A DNA stretch of 63,564 nucleotides, filler included, from Reclinomonas americana ATCC 50394 (lineage: Eukaryota): the NCBI GenBank assembly GCA_048213135.1. It is 17 parts of 17 records of this genome, joined end to end, with 100 filler letters (N's around TTAATTAATTAA, not from the genome) between each part and the next. Parts side by side here need not be neighbours in the genome. Positions count along the whole stretch, not along the records: positions 60,633 to 63,564 come from AFZH01022543.1; 16 more parts are not named here. One strand, 5' to 3'. Of the stretch, positions 62,798-63,564 are shown piece after piece. Numbering within the stretch: the stretch's first letter is position 1; each line of letters opens with the position of its first letter. Below the pieces are notes generated by a model. The model made no database searches and had not been told where the DNA came from. It was given only the letters and a program-made list of their open reading frames with translations. Position numbers and translations under genes: made by a program.

Positions 62798-63499
62798 ATG
62801 ACATATGGTCGCGCTGCGTTGACGTATGTAGCTGGCGCACTGGTTACGCACTTTTCTCCTTTCTCTGTGTCTGTCTCGCGCGCGTTTCTCACTCTCTCAC
62901 GCGCAGTTTGCTGCTGGTTGGTGGTGGTGGCTGAACGCGTTCATTGCCTCTGCACTGGCCACCGCAAGTGACGCCTATCATGTGCCTTTTGTGCATTGGC
63001 TGCCCGCGGTGGCAGCAACACTTGGTCTTCTCATGTTCGTTTCATTGTCTCTTTGCTGCTCTCTCTCTCTCTGTGTGCGTGACTTGGTGTGCGCGTGTGT
63101 CACAGGTTGAACTTGTTTGTACACAAGGGCGTCATCTGGACTGGCGACGACGCCGATCGAGCGCCCTTTGCGCGATTCTGGTTCCTCATCTCGCTGGTGG
63201 TCTCGTTCCTCAGCGTCTTCTTTGCAGGTGTGATGACTTTGTGAGTATTGGTGAGTGTGCAAGGTCTCTGTCTTGACCTCGTCTCTGCAGTGTACATCAC
63301 GATCGATGTGTACTCGGCGGGCACGGGCGACAACAAGCCACCGTCGTCTGTCGGGGTGGCGCTCATTATGCAAAACATCTTGATTGTCATCAGGTGCGTG
63401 GCCTGTGACGAGGCACAGCGTCGGTTGGATGGGCGAGCTCATGTGTGTACCTGCAGCGGCCTGGTGCTCTTCTATGCCAAGCCTGTGCCAGAGTGGTGA
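62798..63499 (+). CDS. TMEM50/Vps68 (UPF0220) membrane protein
   Basis: YVAGAL|FAAGWWWW..HWLPAV.ATLGLLM|LN..ARFWFLI..GVALIMQNILIVI|SGLVL; the start could be 62738. Confidence 0.85.
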
Positions 63500-63564
63500 C
63501 AGGAATCTGCATGCGTGAACGGCGCTGTCGCTCGCGGGCGCCTGATCAACGGTGCGCGCGCGAA

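Overview
Intron-rich, GC-rich eukaryotic (protist-like) genomic scaffold. Contigs are joined by artificial N..TTAATTAATTAA..N linkers, mostly at microsatellites. Several genes (KATNB1, CPSF2, FAM13-like, COG3) run across linkers in the correct order, so contig order looks real. Recognisable genes: ABCG transporter 3' end, katanin p80, lysyl-tRNA synthetase, INTS9, CPSF2, FAM13-like RhoGAP, CNOT11, COG3, COMMD6, TMEM260, MAPK15/ERK7, WDR31 and TMEM50/Vps68, plus several secreted or orphan proteins. Most notable: (1) about 26 introns whose donor reads GTTGCG, which is the local GTGCG donor consensus shifted by one base, pointing to widespread use of an atypical 5' splice-site class; (2) a tandem array of at least 5 intronless 7-blade WD40 genes with hypervariable top-face residues, patchwork recombination and a constant C-terminal tail; (3) a head-to-head pair of a secreted PI-PLC X-domain enzyme and a secreted PH-like protein, next to a secreted IPT/H-lectin-like protein; (4) a triplicated CPSF2 5' end embedded in a ~170-bp satellite. 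All family calls come from recognising motifs by eye; no database searches were run. Exon boundaries are manual predictions.
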